From the NCBI GenBank assembly GCA_052327205.1, contig CM126209.1, positions 205,964,001 to 206,028,000 on the forward strand: 64,000 bases of DNA. Direction: 5' to 3'. The position numbers were made by a program, and so were the translations under genes. This stretch comes from Somniosus microcephalus (Eukaryota). Position 1 is the stretch's first letter. The number at the start of each line of letters is the position of its first letter. This document shows, one piece after another, positions 1 through 11,919 of this stretch. A model generated the notes under the pieces. That model ran no database searches. It was not told the DNA's origin and was given only the letters and a program-made list of their open reading frames with translations.

Positions 1-1932
1 CCTCTGTTCGCTCAGGCAGATGGGGCTCTGACCGAGGGCTCGGCAGTGGCAAGGGAGTGTGAGCGCTTGGAGAGGAGCCCCCACTTCCTTGTGCTTGAAC
101 ACCACCGTCCCTCTCATGGGTCACCCGCACTTCACTGCTAGCAAGTTTCCACAGAGCACCTTGCTGCCCATTGGTGGAGCCACGTGGACCCATCTCTCTA
201 CAGTCCTCATAACCGGGGCGCCCATATACCTCTGGTTCCTCTCCACGATAGATGGACTTCTATCCTCCATAGCTGGCCATCTATCTAGAAGAGCCACCAT
301 GTTGGCTTGTGTCTGGCGAGTTAGGTCTTCCATGGAGGTTGCCATCCTTTCCATGGCGGCATCTAGATTGCCCATAGCATTCACCACGGCATTGCTAATG
401 TTTATGATGGACTCCTCCATTCTCTGCACACTCGCAGTTACTGTGGAAGCAAACCCACTCAGAGCCTCCTGAAGCTCCAGCACCGCTCTCTTTCTGGATG
501 GCCCCAGAGGCTCAGTGTTTACATGCAGCTGAGCCAAGCTGGGAGAGCCCTGCGGCCTCTGACAAGGATTCTCCACTGCTGTCCCTGTCTCCACCATCTG
601 CTCCTGCTCACTTGTGAGCTGTGATACACCAGATGACAACACTACTCTATCTCGCAAAAAACCCACCGAGGTGAGCATCTCTGCACTGGTACTGGGTGCG
701 TTGAATGCTGGTGACGCTGCTCCCTCAGAGGCTGGTGGTTCCGGAACAGTGGGGAGCAGGGCTCTTGATGGTCCTGTGGGGGAGTAAAGGTGTGAGTTAG
801 ACAAGTGAAATGTATGTTGCAGACACATCCCACTGTGCAGATGCTTAGCACCCAATCTCTATGAACATCATATCCCACATTAGTCACTCATGAATGCTAA
901 ATCAGAGGGTTGGAAATCAATTCTGTCACCAGTTTGCTCTTCTACTCCCGTCTCTCCGTCCCCCACTTCCAGCTCCTCTGCAACTCTGACGATCTCCAAG
1001 GCTGCCTCCTCAATGCTCGTTAGGTGCATCAGGGATGGTGGGCCTCCTCCTGTCCTCCCTCTCTCCCTTTTATTGTAGGCTCTCTTCTCCTGTAATGAGG
1101 GACACAAGTGGAGTTTGAGAGAGATTGATGGAGTGAGTGTAAAGAATGGATGACATAGATGTTTAGAGGGAGACTATGAAGGAGTGAGGTGCACAAACCA
1201 AAGTCCCTCCCTGTGCGTTGTTAGTTGTTGGAATTGCATAAGAGTGTGAGTGATGCATAGTAAGATGGTGATGTGATTCTGTACAGAGAAAGAGAGGGAT
1301 GGATGAGGGTGCAAGGGATGTTAGAGTGAGTTTGGATGTGAAGGGAAAGGATGCCAAGGCAGAGTGATGGGGATGAGAAGAGATGGAAGGCAGATGGAAG
1401 GTAAGTGTGATGTTATACTCACTTTTTCTGATCGCAACAGATCATTAAACCTATTGCGACACTGCACCCAGGTTAGCCTGCAGACTGACCTCAAACTGAC
1501 CTCCTCAGCTATTTGCAGCCAAGCTGCCTTGGAATGCTGAGGAGGCCTCCTCCTTCCGTCTCCAGGGAAGAGGACCTCCCTACACCCTCTTGCTCCCTCC
1601 ACAAGAGCATGGAGGGAGTCCTGATCGAAGCGGGGAGAAGCCTTAGGTTTTTGCGCTGCCATACCTGCAGCAGCCAGCACTTCAGGGAACAAAATGGAAA
1701 TTAATCTGCAGAGGGGACATGGCCCCTTTAAATAATCAGACCAACATTGCTTCATCAGACGCGAGCAGCTGACCCGCACCCAGCAATTGCCTTGGAGAAC
1801 CCGCACGTCGGCCTTAACGAGGCCAATCATCGCAAAATTTCAACTGCAGGGTGGCGGGAACCGGGAGCGGGTCCGGAACCTGCCGACCAGCGGACCCACC
1901 ACCTTCCCGCCTCCAGGCGCAAAATCACGGCC
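1..1932 (-). mobile_element. PIF/Harbinger DNA transposon, right-hand part (continues past the left window edge)
   Basis: Carries a spliced Myb/SANT gene typical of Harbinger ORF2. Ends in AAAATCACGGCC (TIR GGCCGTGATTTT on the minus strand) followed by TTA, the usual Harbinger target. The transposase gene is not inside the window. Confidence 0.7.
121..1662 (-). CDS. Myb/SANT-like DNA-binding protein (Harbinger ORF2; MSANTD/NAIF1-like), 3 exons: 1662-1423, 1089-930, 773-121, about 350 aa
   Basis: Exon 1 MAAQKPKASPRFDQDSL...AAWLQIAEEV...RLTWVQCRNRFNDL is a trihelix/Myb_DNA-bind_5 pattern, and exon 2 has the ERGRTGGGP motif. Splice sites are canonical: AAA|GTGAGT (phase 0), TACAG|GAG, G|GTGACA (phase 1), CACAG|GA. 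The phases join the ORF-track frames 1321-1830, 880-1107 and 121-855. Exon 3 has a heptad-rich segment. Confidence 0.8.
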
Positions 1933-3203
1933 TTAGGTTTCATTAGGGAATTTGAAATTTTGTCTTTCTAGATGTGTTATGTACTTGCTAAGCATCAAAC
2001 ATTAAGTACATTCAACATTTATTCCCTTGAAATAGGACAAATTTGTTTGAAAATAAATTATTTATGCAGTATTATTATGTTTGGCTTTTGAAGCATGTAT
2101 GTGCAATGAGATTGAGAAAGAACAAAGACAATGGTGATTTGGGCATAAACCGTTCTTTCATCTTAATTTTCTAAAGAAAAATACCAACCATTGGAGAATT
2201 CTAAGCCCTATCAATCTGAATAAGCTTTGATGGAAAAGTAATTGGAGTGAAAACCAAAAAGGTCACATACTGATCCATGCAGAGTTCATCAGTTTCCAAT
2301 TTCCATCATATTGAGGACAACTAATTCAGCCAGGACACAGATTGAGATTTAAATATTTGTATGAATGGTAACAAAGCAATAAACCATTTCCAGCAATGTT
2401 AAAACAGCCTTATGCTGAACCTCACTCAGATAATTCCCAAAATGGAATATTAATTAATGAGTTAGAATACCAATCTGTACCATTGTTTTGCTCCTAATCA
2501 CTTTAAAAATGCATTGCTTGAGAACCAGTTAAAGACTTTGGACTTTATTTTATATTGATCAATAACTTATTTTGTTCATTTGAGATATCAAGGTGAAGGG
2601 CGAAGGCCCATAGTGCAGAGTATCACCTAGGTTGAAAAAAGTAAAAGATGAGGTAAATTAGGCAGGTATGATTACAAGACAGCAAACTTGGGTTTTAAAA
2701 GTCTGTAGGTTGTCGAAGGAAGAAGTAGGGAGTTTGAATATTTTGAAATCCTGACCATTGTACTGTGCGAGCATTCGTAGTTGTGAGCAGTGGGTGATGT
2801 GAAAGAACTCAATGAATGTAGAGTAGAACCATCAGCTAAAGACTAGATAAGGTTGAATGATGAGTGGAAGAATCATGGATCAGAAGAAGGAACGGAGTGG
2901 GACAGAGGAAAGAGTCCTAGTAGTCCTGTTTTAAATTAATAGCACTAGTGCTAATAATGTTCATTATGCTAGATACATTTATTCATCCAGTGTTAATGTA
3001 ATGCCATATTCACAGGAAACTACTTTGAATCCAAATCAGAGAAAATTAGATCTAATTTGATCCTTTTGGTTGCAGAATTCTAATTCAGTTTGGAACTCAT
3101 TGTGGCTCAATATAACCTGCAAGGTTGATCTCGTCAGTAGTGCTAATGTTGTGAATTGATCACTTTTGTATAGTGTGTAGATCTAAGTGTGTTTGTACCT
3201 CCA

Positions 3204-3439
3204 AGTTCCCCTCCAAGTCACACACCATCCTGGCTTAGAAGTATATCGCCGATCCTTCATCGTCACTGGGTCAAAATCCTGGAACTCCCTCCCTAACAGC
3301 ACTGTGGGAGTACCTTCACTACCTGGACTGCAGTGGTTGAAGAAGGCGGCACATTACCTCCTTCTCAAGGGCAATTAGGGATGGGCAATAAATACTGGCT
3401 TTGCCAGCAACGCCCACATCCCGGAACGAATAAAAAAAT
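3204..3439 (+). mobile_element. 5'-truncated 3' end of a CR1-group LINE (probably the same family as the LINE at 61541-64000)
   Basis: ORF2 C-terminus (SFIVTGSKSWNSLPNSTVG...KKAAHYLLLKGN*), a short 3' UTR with hairpin (GGGATGGGC...GCCCACATCCC) and an A-rich tail. Confidence 0.75.
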
Positions 3440-4370
3440 AGCATTAGTGGTGAATAGGAACAAAACTCCAGATTCTGAGTAATCTAAATTAGATCATTTG
3501 AAGCTTATTTGCAAATATATTGATTACAGCTTCTTTGGCATATGTGCAAAAGAATATTATGATAATGATGAGGCTGCAGCTATTGTCCTTAGGGTTCCAT
3601 TATTGGGATGTCTTTAGATGTAAGAATGAGAGATTAAAATCACGATTAAAATGGACGCTGTCTTCATGAAAATAAAATGACAAAGTGCTTTTTTGGTTGG
3701 GGAGCAAGAAGAGCCAGGGGATTTGTGTCATTTTTGCACCACCAATGTTAAACACCCTTTAAAAGTTTATAGCAAGAGGCCAACAATGCATTGGTCAGCT
3801 CCCACAACACTTCTCTGCATCAGGCACTGTCACTCCACACGATAGAGCACCCATTGTATAGTGCATACATCAGAATGTGTGAAGCATCTGTGGCACTGCG
3901 GGAGAAAAATTTGTGTTCGCCAGCAAAGTTGCCGGTGTTACCGCCAACTGCAGTTAACGGCGGCTGGAAATGTCCGCAACGCTAACTGAGTGAAATTGAT
4001 CTGGGAAGCATGGAGCTAGGTGGCGCAGCGCTCACCTTCCATGCAACGGCGTCCTGGTGGTGTTGCTGGAGGGATCCGGGACGAAGTTTCTGTCCAGGTC
4101 CGACGTTACAGCTTCCCACAGCCTCTGGGAGTGAAGCTGTGGAGCTCGCAGGGAATTGTGGACAATGACGAAGTCTGAGATTTAAAGGAGCCATGCACAC
4201 TGAAGCAATACAAAATAAAATGCAATGAATCAATACATTTTTCAGCCCTTTCTGCCTTTTAAGAAATATTCAATTTTTAAAAGAAGTTCCAAATGTGAAT
4301 ATTCAGCTGTTAAAGCTGAATTACCTTCATAACCTCAACAAATGGGAAAAAAGCCTCAGCACTAACACAC

Positions 4371-4598
4371 ATGGCTCAGCAAGCCAGGAAAGGGGCACCG
4401 AGGGCTTCACACATAGCACACTAGCTTTGTGCAGGGGGTCAACACTGCAAGAGTGGCCCTCTACCCATAGGGGTTAGGAGGCCCTCCAGAAAGAAGGATG
4501 TGGGAGTACATCACTAAGGCCGTCACTGCCAGCAGTGTTGCCCCCACCATTTGGCTCCATTGCCCCCAAAAACTTCATGACCTCAGACCACTGGTCAA
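4371..4598 (+). pseudogene. Decayed Harbinger Myb/SANT exon 1, split by the CR1 stack and resuming at 10270
   Basis: MAQQARKGAPR...MWEYITKAVTASSVAPTIWLHCPQKLHDLRPLV. It is colinear with the uninterrupted paralogue at 18015-18230 (GTGGTCAAG|GTCAGT). Confidence 0.7.
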
Positions 4599-6409
4599 CA
4601 TAGAAGATAGGAGCAGGAGCAGGCTATTCGGCCCCTCGAGCCTGCTCCGCCATTTAGCCTTAAGAAATATATCTAACTCCATCTTGAATATATTAAATGA
4701 ATTGGACTCAACTGCCTTTTGGGGTAAAGAATTTCACAGGTTCACCACTCTCTGGGTGAAGAAATTCCTCCACATCGTTGTCCTAAAAGGCTTACCCCTT
4801 ATGTTTAGACTGTGACCCCTGGTTCTGGACTCCCCCGCCATTGGGAAAATCCTTCTTTCATCTAGTCTGTCTAGTCCTGTTAGAATTTTATAAGTTTCAA
4901 TGAGATCCCCTCTCATTCTTCTAAACTCCAGCAAATATAAGCCCAATCGACCCAATCTCTCCTCTTACGTCATTCCTGCCATCCTAGGTATCAGTCTGGT
5001 GAATCTTCACTGCACTCCCTCCATGGCAAGAACATCCTTCCACAGATAAGCCGACCAAAAATGCACACAATACTCAAGGCGTGGTCTCACCAAGGCCCTG
5101 TACAACTGCAGCAAGACATCCTTGCTCCTGTACTCGAATCCTCTCTCTATGAAGACCAACATACCATTTGCCAACTTAACCGCCTGCTGCACCTGCATGC
5201 TTACCTTCAGCGACTGGTGCACAAGGACACCCAGGTCTCATTGCACTTCCCCTTCTCCCAATCTATTGCCGTTCAGATAATAATCTGCCTTCCTGTTTTT
5301 GCCACCAAAGTGGATAACCTCACATTTATCCACATTATGCTGCATCTGCCATGCATCTGCACAATCACCCAACCTGTCCAAATCATACTGGAGTTTCTCG
5401 GCACCCTCCTCACAGCACACACGCCCGCCCAGCTTTGTGTCATCTGCAAACTTGGGGATATTACATCTAGTTCCCTCGTCTAGATCATTAATGTATATTG
5501 TGAATAGCTGGGGTCCTAGCACCGATCCCTGCGGTACCCCACAGGTCACTACCTGCCACTCAGAAAAAGACCCGTTTATTTCAACTCTTTGCTACCTGTC
5601 TGCCAACTAGTTCTCTATCCAAGTCAGTACCTTACTCCAATCCCATGTGCTTTAACTTTAAACGCTAATCTCTTATGCAGGACCTTAATGAAAGCCTTCT
5701 GAAAGTCCAAATACACCACATCCACTGGTTCTCCCTTATCTATTCTACCAGTTACATCCTCAAAAATTCCAGTAGATTAGTCAAGCATGATTTACCTTTT
5801 GTAAATCCATGTTGACTTTGTCCAAACCTGTCACTGTTTCCAAGTGCTCTGCTATTACATCTTTTATAATGGACTCTAGCATTTTCCCCACTACCAATGT
5901 CAGGCTTACTGGTCTATAATTCCCCGTTTTCTCTCTACCATGTTTTTTAAATAGTGGGGTTACATTAGCTACCCTCCAATCCATGGGAACTGTGCCAGAG
6001 TCTATAGAATTTTGGAAGATGACCAACAATGCATCCACTATTTCTAGGGCCATTTCTTTAAGTGCCCTAGGATGTAGATTATCAGGCCCTGGAGATTTAT
6101 TGGCCTTCAATCCCGTCAATTTCCCAAACACCATTTCCCTACAAATACTGATTTCATTAAGTTCCTCCCTGTCATTAGACCCTATGTTCCCCGAAATCTC
6201 TGGGAGGTTATTTGTGTCCTCCTTTGTGAAGACAGAATCAAAGTATGTATTTAATTGGTCTGCCATTTCTTTGTTCCCCATTATAAATTCCCCTGATTCT
6301 GACGGCAAGGGACCTACGATTGACTTCACCAATCTTTTTCTCTTCAAATATCTATAGAAGCTTTTACAGTTAGATTTTATGTTCACTGCAAGCTTACTCT
6401 GATACTCTA

Positions 6410-7908
6410 TGTAAGGGGTTTTCCTTGAGAGATTTCCCTGAGGTTTCTCTCTCTAGAGGCCTCTCTCTCTTGCACAGTAAAATCTTGAGTGGCTCGACCC
6501 ACTCGCCCCTTAGATTCTATACTCTGGACTTAAGGGCAGGAACTACAATGTAGAGAAAACTCTTGTAGACCAAGCTTGATGAAACAAAATGAAATTTTAT
6601 TGCATAAGGAAAAATATCAAATCAAATGCAAGCAGATAAGGGAGTACATGGGAGGGAAGAACACACAAACAAATCATAATGACACAGTACTAACTAAGGC
6701 AAATACAGGTATCTTATATTCTACAAAGATCATCATGAAATAAGGAAACACACGGTACATCGAGGGACAACAACTCATGTTAATTGTACCCTTAAATCCA
6801 CCCCCTTATTAAACCTATCTAGATCTGATTGCGAAAGGCCAGAAACATGCTCACCAATCCCACTAGGAAGTACAAGGTTTTGAAATCGAGTCTGTGTTTG
6901 GTCCTTTCAGGCTTTCCATCTCCACATGGATCGTGGAGCCCCTGCGAGCTGCGCCACACCTCACTCCTGAGGTGGGGGTCGGAGGCGGCTGGACACCGGC
7001 GGGCCGAGGATCGTCGGCTCGACCCTGGTTAGAGGAACCTTGGGCTGGCTCCCATCGCTTCTTCAGTTTCTTTTTATCTCTTTTCCCGAGCCGGGGTGGC
7101 TGGAAGGTTTCTTCTCTTGGGGTTTTATTTTTTTTTGTTTCTTCTCCCAAGTTGGGTCGATGGCCTCTCGTTCCGGCAACGGCCCGGGGATGGTCGATGA
7201 TCTCCCGATGTGTTTCCCCGGGACGGGACGCCGGCTTCGAGACGGTCTTCTTGATGTTGGCTTGGCTCTTCCTCCTGCGAGTGCCTGCTTCTTCTTCTGG
7301 CTGTGATTCAAAACTCTCGTCTCAAGCTGCAAGCTTGCCCCAACTGCCGAAAAGTCTTCCAGATATACCTTTCTCCCAGAAACTTCCGTCTCCCGCCCAA
7401 AATCAGGTTAGTCTTTGTTTTACTTTTGGCGGGCTGGGAGCACAGCGGGGTAGTTATTATATTTTCAAATGTTTTCGATGGTCGGTAAAGGCCCATCTCT
7501 GGTCTGGAATTACCTTCATTGTTTTTGATGTCCTGCTGATCTCGTTATCTAGTCCTGGGTGCTGTTCTCATGAATATGAAATTGTCCCCTTTTGTCTGGG
7601 TCAACATTTAGATGGCCTCTGTTTCCAGGCCGATCTTGACTGGATCTGCATCTAATCCATATGCATACGTGTGGGTCTGGTTTCGCTCTCTCAGAAACGG
7701 CTTCTAGAACTTGCTGTGGGTTGAATCCACAAAGCTGTCTGAGGTTGCGCAGGAACCATTTTAAAGTGTACCAATAAGCTGGTCACATGGTATGGTGGCC
7801 ATTTTGTATGCCCCTTTTTTGGGCTTCTTTTAAAACAGTCTTTAGAATCATGGCCTCTTCTGCCATTTGACCCTTATTAATACAAAGTCCAATTTTGCGA
7901 ATCCTACA
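6410..7908 (-). mobile_element. Long (1499 bp) solo LTR of a Gypsy-like or retroviral element
   Basis: TGTAAGG...CCTACA termini and an exact 4-bp TSD TCTA (6406-6409, 7909-7912). CR1 ORF2 resumes precisely after it. The minus strand has AATAAA at 6601-6596 and a TATA-like GGTATAT near 7365. Confidence 0.8.
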
Positions 7909-9095
7909 TCTATTTTCCCTCTCTTAATTAATCCTTTTGTCCTCCTTTGCTGAATCCTAAACTGCTCCAAATCCTCAGGTTTGCTGCTTTTTCTGGCCAA
8001 TTTATATGTCCTCTCCTTGGATCTTATGCTATCCCTAATTTCCCTTGTTAGCCATGGTTACGCCACCTTTTTTGTTTTATTTTTATGCCAGACAGGGATG
8101 AACAAATTCTATAGTTCATCCAGGTGATCTTTAAGTGTTTGCCATTGCCTATCCACCGTCAACCCTTTAAGTAATGTTCCCCAATCCATTCTAGCCAACT
8201 TGCGCCACATACCATCGTAGTTTCCTTTATTTAAATTCAGGACCCTAGTCTGAGTCAACTACTTCACTCTCCATCTTAATGAAGAATTCTATCATATTAT
8301 GATCGCTCCTCCCCAAGGGGCCGCGCACAACAAGATTGCTAATCAATCCTTTCTCATTACATAATACCCAGTCTAAGATGGCCTGATCTCTAGTTGTTTC
8401 CTCGACATATTGGTCCAGGAAACCATCCCGTATACAATCTAGGAATTCCGCCTCCACAGTATTGTTACTAATTTGGTTAGCCCAATCTATATGTAGATTA
8501 AAGTCACCCATGATAACTGCTGTTACCTTATTGGACGCATCTCTAATTTCCTGTTTAATGCCATCCCCAACCTCAGCATTACTGTTTGGGTGTCTGCATA
8601 CCACTCCCACTCATATTTTCTGCTCCTTGGTATTTCTCAGCTCTACCCATACAGATTCCACATCATCAGAGCTAATATCCTTTCTTACTATTGTGTTAAT
8701 CTCCTCTTTAACCAGCAATGCTACCCCACCTCCTTTTCCCTTTTGCCTGTCCTTCCTGAATATTGAATACCCCTGGATGTTGAATTCCCAGCCTTGGTCA
8801 CCCTGGAGCTATGTCTCCGTAATCCCAATAATATCATATCCATTTACATCTATTTGTGCAGCTAATTCATCCACCTTATTACAAATGCTCCTCACATTAA
8901 GACACAAAGCCTTCAGGATTGTTTTTTTAACACTCTTAGTCATTTTAGAATTATTATTTATTGTAATGCTGTTTGATTTACACACTTGAATTCTCTGCCT
9001 TCCACTTTTGCTTTTCTCCTTCCTGTGTTTTGCTTCTATCCTTGCCTCCCATTCCTCTGTCTCCCTGCACAGGTTCCCAACCCCCTGCCATTTTA

Positions 9096-10219
9096 AGAAC
9101 ATAAGAACATAAGAAATAGGAGCAGGAGTAGGCCAATCGGCCCCTCGAGCCGGTTCCGCCATTCAATAAGATCATGGCTGATCTGATCCTAACCGCCAAT
9201 CCACTATCACAGAACCATCTCCTGAATCTAACAGAATTAGACACACGAAATAGGAGCAGGATCAGGCTACATGGCCTCTGGGCCCGCTCCGCTACCCACA
9301 GGGCCATGACCGATCCAAACCTAGACTCATGTCCAAATTCCTACCTGCTCCCCGTAACCCTTAATTCCCTTTACTTCTAGGAAACTGTCTATTTCTGTTT
9401 TAAATTTATGTAATGATGTAGCTTCTACAGCTTTTTGGGGCAGCATATTCCATGGACCTACCACCCTCTGAGTGAAGTAGTTCCTCCTCATCTCAGTTTT
9501 GAAAGAGCAGCCCCATATTCTAAGACTATGCCCCCTAGTTCTAGTTTCACCCATCATCGGGAACATCTTCCCCGCATCCACCCGATCCAACCCCTTCACA
9601 ATCTTATATGTTTCAATAAGATCGCCTCTCATTCTTCTGAACTCCAATGAGTAGAGTCCCAATCTACTCAACCTCTCCTCATATGTCCATCCCCTCATCC
9701 CCGGGATTAACCGAGTGAACCTTCTTTGTACTGACTCGAGAGCAAGTATGTCCTTTCTTAAGTATGGACACCAAAACTGTACGCAGTATTCCAGGTGCGG
9801 TCTCACCAATACCTTGTACAACTGAAGCAATACCTCCCTATTTTTATATTCTATCCCCCTAGCAATGAAAGCCAACATTCCATTGGCCTTCTTAATCACT
9901 TGCTGCACCTGCATACTAACCTTTTGAGTTTCGTGCACCAGGACCCCCAGATTCCTTTGTACTTCAGTACTTTCCAGTTTCTTGCCATTAAGATAATAAC
10001 TTGCTCTATGATTTTTCCTGCCAAAGCGCATATCCTCACACTTTCCAGTCTTGTATTCCATCTGCCAAATCTCTGCCCACTTACTTAGCCTGTCTATGTC
10101 CCCTTGCAGGTTTTTTATGTCCTCCTCACTCACTACTTTCCCTCCCATCTTAGTATCATCTGCAAACTTTGATATGTTACACTCGGTCCCCTCCTCCAAA
10201 TCGTTAATATAGATTGTAA
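9096..10219 (-). mobile_element. CR1 LINE copy B, 5'-truncated, nested in copy A
   Basis: Open RT C-terminal ORF 9327-10199 (KFADDTK, LVRPHLEYC), (TTCTTATG)n tail, and TSD ATTTTA at 9090-9095 and 10220-10225. Confidence 0.92.
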
Positions 10220-10269
10220 ATTTTAGGTTAAACCCTCCCCAACAGCACTAGCAAACACTCCCCCTAGGA

Positions 10270-11085
10270 GTCAAGGTCAGTGAATGCATCTTCAAAAGCC
10301 GTCTCCTACCAACTGCACCACTAGCCCCACATACTGCTCAATGCACAACCCCCAATCACTCACCTACCAACAATCTGCACCAATGACGAGGCACATCTCC
10401 TGTTCCTAGCCTCACCTCACCCCCTTGGAGGAAATGGTGCAGACCATTCTTGGCAGGGGCTTGGTTGAGTCCTTGGCCAGCAGTGGGGCTGAATAGATAC
10501 AAGATACGGGTATCCTCGTACATTATCCTCCTTTTGGTATCCACCCCTTGCTTTCCCGCCCTCCCATCAGCACAGCTCCATACTTGTGCCTTCCTCATTT
10601 CACACACCCAAGAAATGCAGCCTGCCCAGCCAGTGGGTCAATAAGAAGAGGCAGCCTGCCCAGCCAATGGGATTGCAGGCAGATAATTCCATCCCGGATA
10701 TCCCAGCCACAAATGGGTTTTCTGGGATGCATCCTCCCATCTGATTCCTCCTCTTCGGCTTCCTCCTCTTCTGCATTTTACTTTTCCCTCTGCAAGTGAA
10801 TGCTGTAAATGTGAAATGACAGCATAAGATGCTGCAAATACTCAGTTGGTCAGGCAGCATGTCGGCCTGAGACGTGAACTCTGTTTTTCTCTCCATGGAT
10901 GTTGCGTGACCTGCTGAGTATTTGCAGCATGTTCTGTCTTCTCATAGGCCTTCATTTACTATCCGAGTCCCTGCAAGCATCCAGCAGCACTCCCTACACA
11001 CTTAAAAAACTTTTCACATCTATTGCCGCCAGCCACCACTTCAATAAAATCAAAAAAAAAGTACAAACACTTAAGCTGCAATTTT
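10270..11085 (+). mobile_element. Decayed Harbinger-derived internal sequence (continuation of 4371-4598)
   Basis: Colinear with 18218-19240 (GTCAGTGAATGCATCTTCAAAAG..., TTGTGCCTTCCTCATTTCA..., CACTTCAATAAAAT). Confidence 0.65.
10829..10930. repeat. Inverted (hairpin) copy of a Penelope-type terminal repeat
   Basis: Perfect 17-bp inverted arms ATGCTGCAAATACTCAG / CTGAGTATTTGCAGCAT. Same repeat family as 13122-13232. Confidence 0.6.
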
Positions 11086-11096
11086 GCCAGCGCTCA

Positions 11097-11919
11097 GGGG
11101 ACAGTTTTGGAGGTGGGATATCCGGCAAAATCGCAGATTGACAGCAGGTCAGAAACCCGCTGTCAACCCGCCTCCAAACACTCTTCCCAGCTGTCGGGTC
11201 ATCGATTTGCTCATGGACCCGACACCTAGAGGCGGGAAGAAGATTACAGGCATTTAACTGCTTGTTAACACGTTGTTAACAGGCAGTTAAGAGGCTTTTT
11301 GCAATTTTGACAGGTCTACTTCTGGCTTGCCGACGTCCGGACACCACGCTAGGTAAGTGTGGTGTGCTGTGGGTCTACTGTAATGTTTGTGCACTGATGA
11401 AGCTGCAGAAGTGGTGTGAAGGATCCAATGGTACACTGGTGAGTTTCAGAGGTAAGGAAATGCTTGGAAAATCATTTTTAATGTATTTAGACTTTTCTGT
11501 AGGTGACAAGTTTTGAATTGTTTGTGTAGTCCCACCTCATTGGGAGAACCTCACCTGCAGCTGCCATCTGTTCTGGCCTAAGGAGGGAGTCACTGGAGAG
11601 CCTGGGTGCAAGGGCTCACCTTTGTACAGTGATTGTCAATGTTTGCAGCACCTCAATGCTGTCAAACACTGAAAAATCACCTGTCTGTCAAAAAAGATTG
11701 TGCGTGGCCCCTTTAAGAAAACCGGCAGATGACGTGTCATCAACTAACATCATCTGACACCGACTTTCTCTTAATTTGCCGGCAAGCCCGCTGATCGGGC
11801 TTAACATGGCCAGTTGACGCAATATCGCGTCTGTGCGTCGGACGTCGTTGGGGGTGGGATTGGAACCCGGAAAGCATCTGTCCTGCCCCCAAGCTGCACC
11901 GAGAGGTAAGATTGCGGCC
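11097..11919. mobile_element. Non-autonomous Harbinger-type element with a Myb N-terminal relic
   Basis: Ends AAGATTGCGGCC followed by TTA, like the terminus at 1932. The minus strand at about 11580-11610 reads APRLSSDSL, matching SPRFDQDSL of the Myb gene. The left boundary is approximate. Confidence 0.55.

Larger units (their letters stand above)
4599..10269 (-). mobile_element. CR1 LINE copy A (HER1-like), decayed ORF2 plus the last codons of ORF1, interrupted by a solo LTR (6410-7908) and CR1 copy B (9096-10219)
   Basis: APE motifs (LNVRSICNK, GITET, GDFN, SDH) and RT motifs (GVPQGSVLGP, FADD) lie in broken ORFs 4734-6386 and 8245-9090. The 3' tail is at 4599. GTCAA is duplicated at 4594-4598 and 10270-10274. 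About 70 bp of the 3' end is deleted at a TTTA microhomology relative to the copy at 31411. Confidence 0.92.

Noticed and set aside
6894-7655. 253-aa plus-strand ORF inside the solo LTR
   Set aside because: Non-ATG start, antisense to the inferred LTR orientation, low-complexity F/S/L composition and no recognisable motif.
8809-9162. 117-aa ORF as a novel protein
   Set aside because: Chimera of CR1-B 3' UTR/tail and the CR1-A linker plus endonuclease start.
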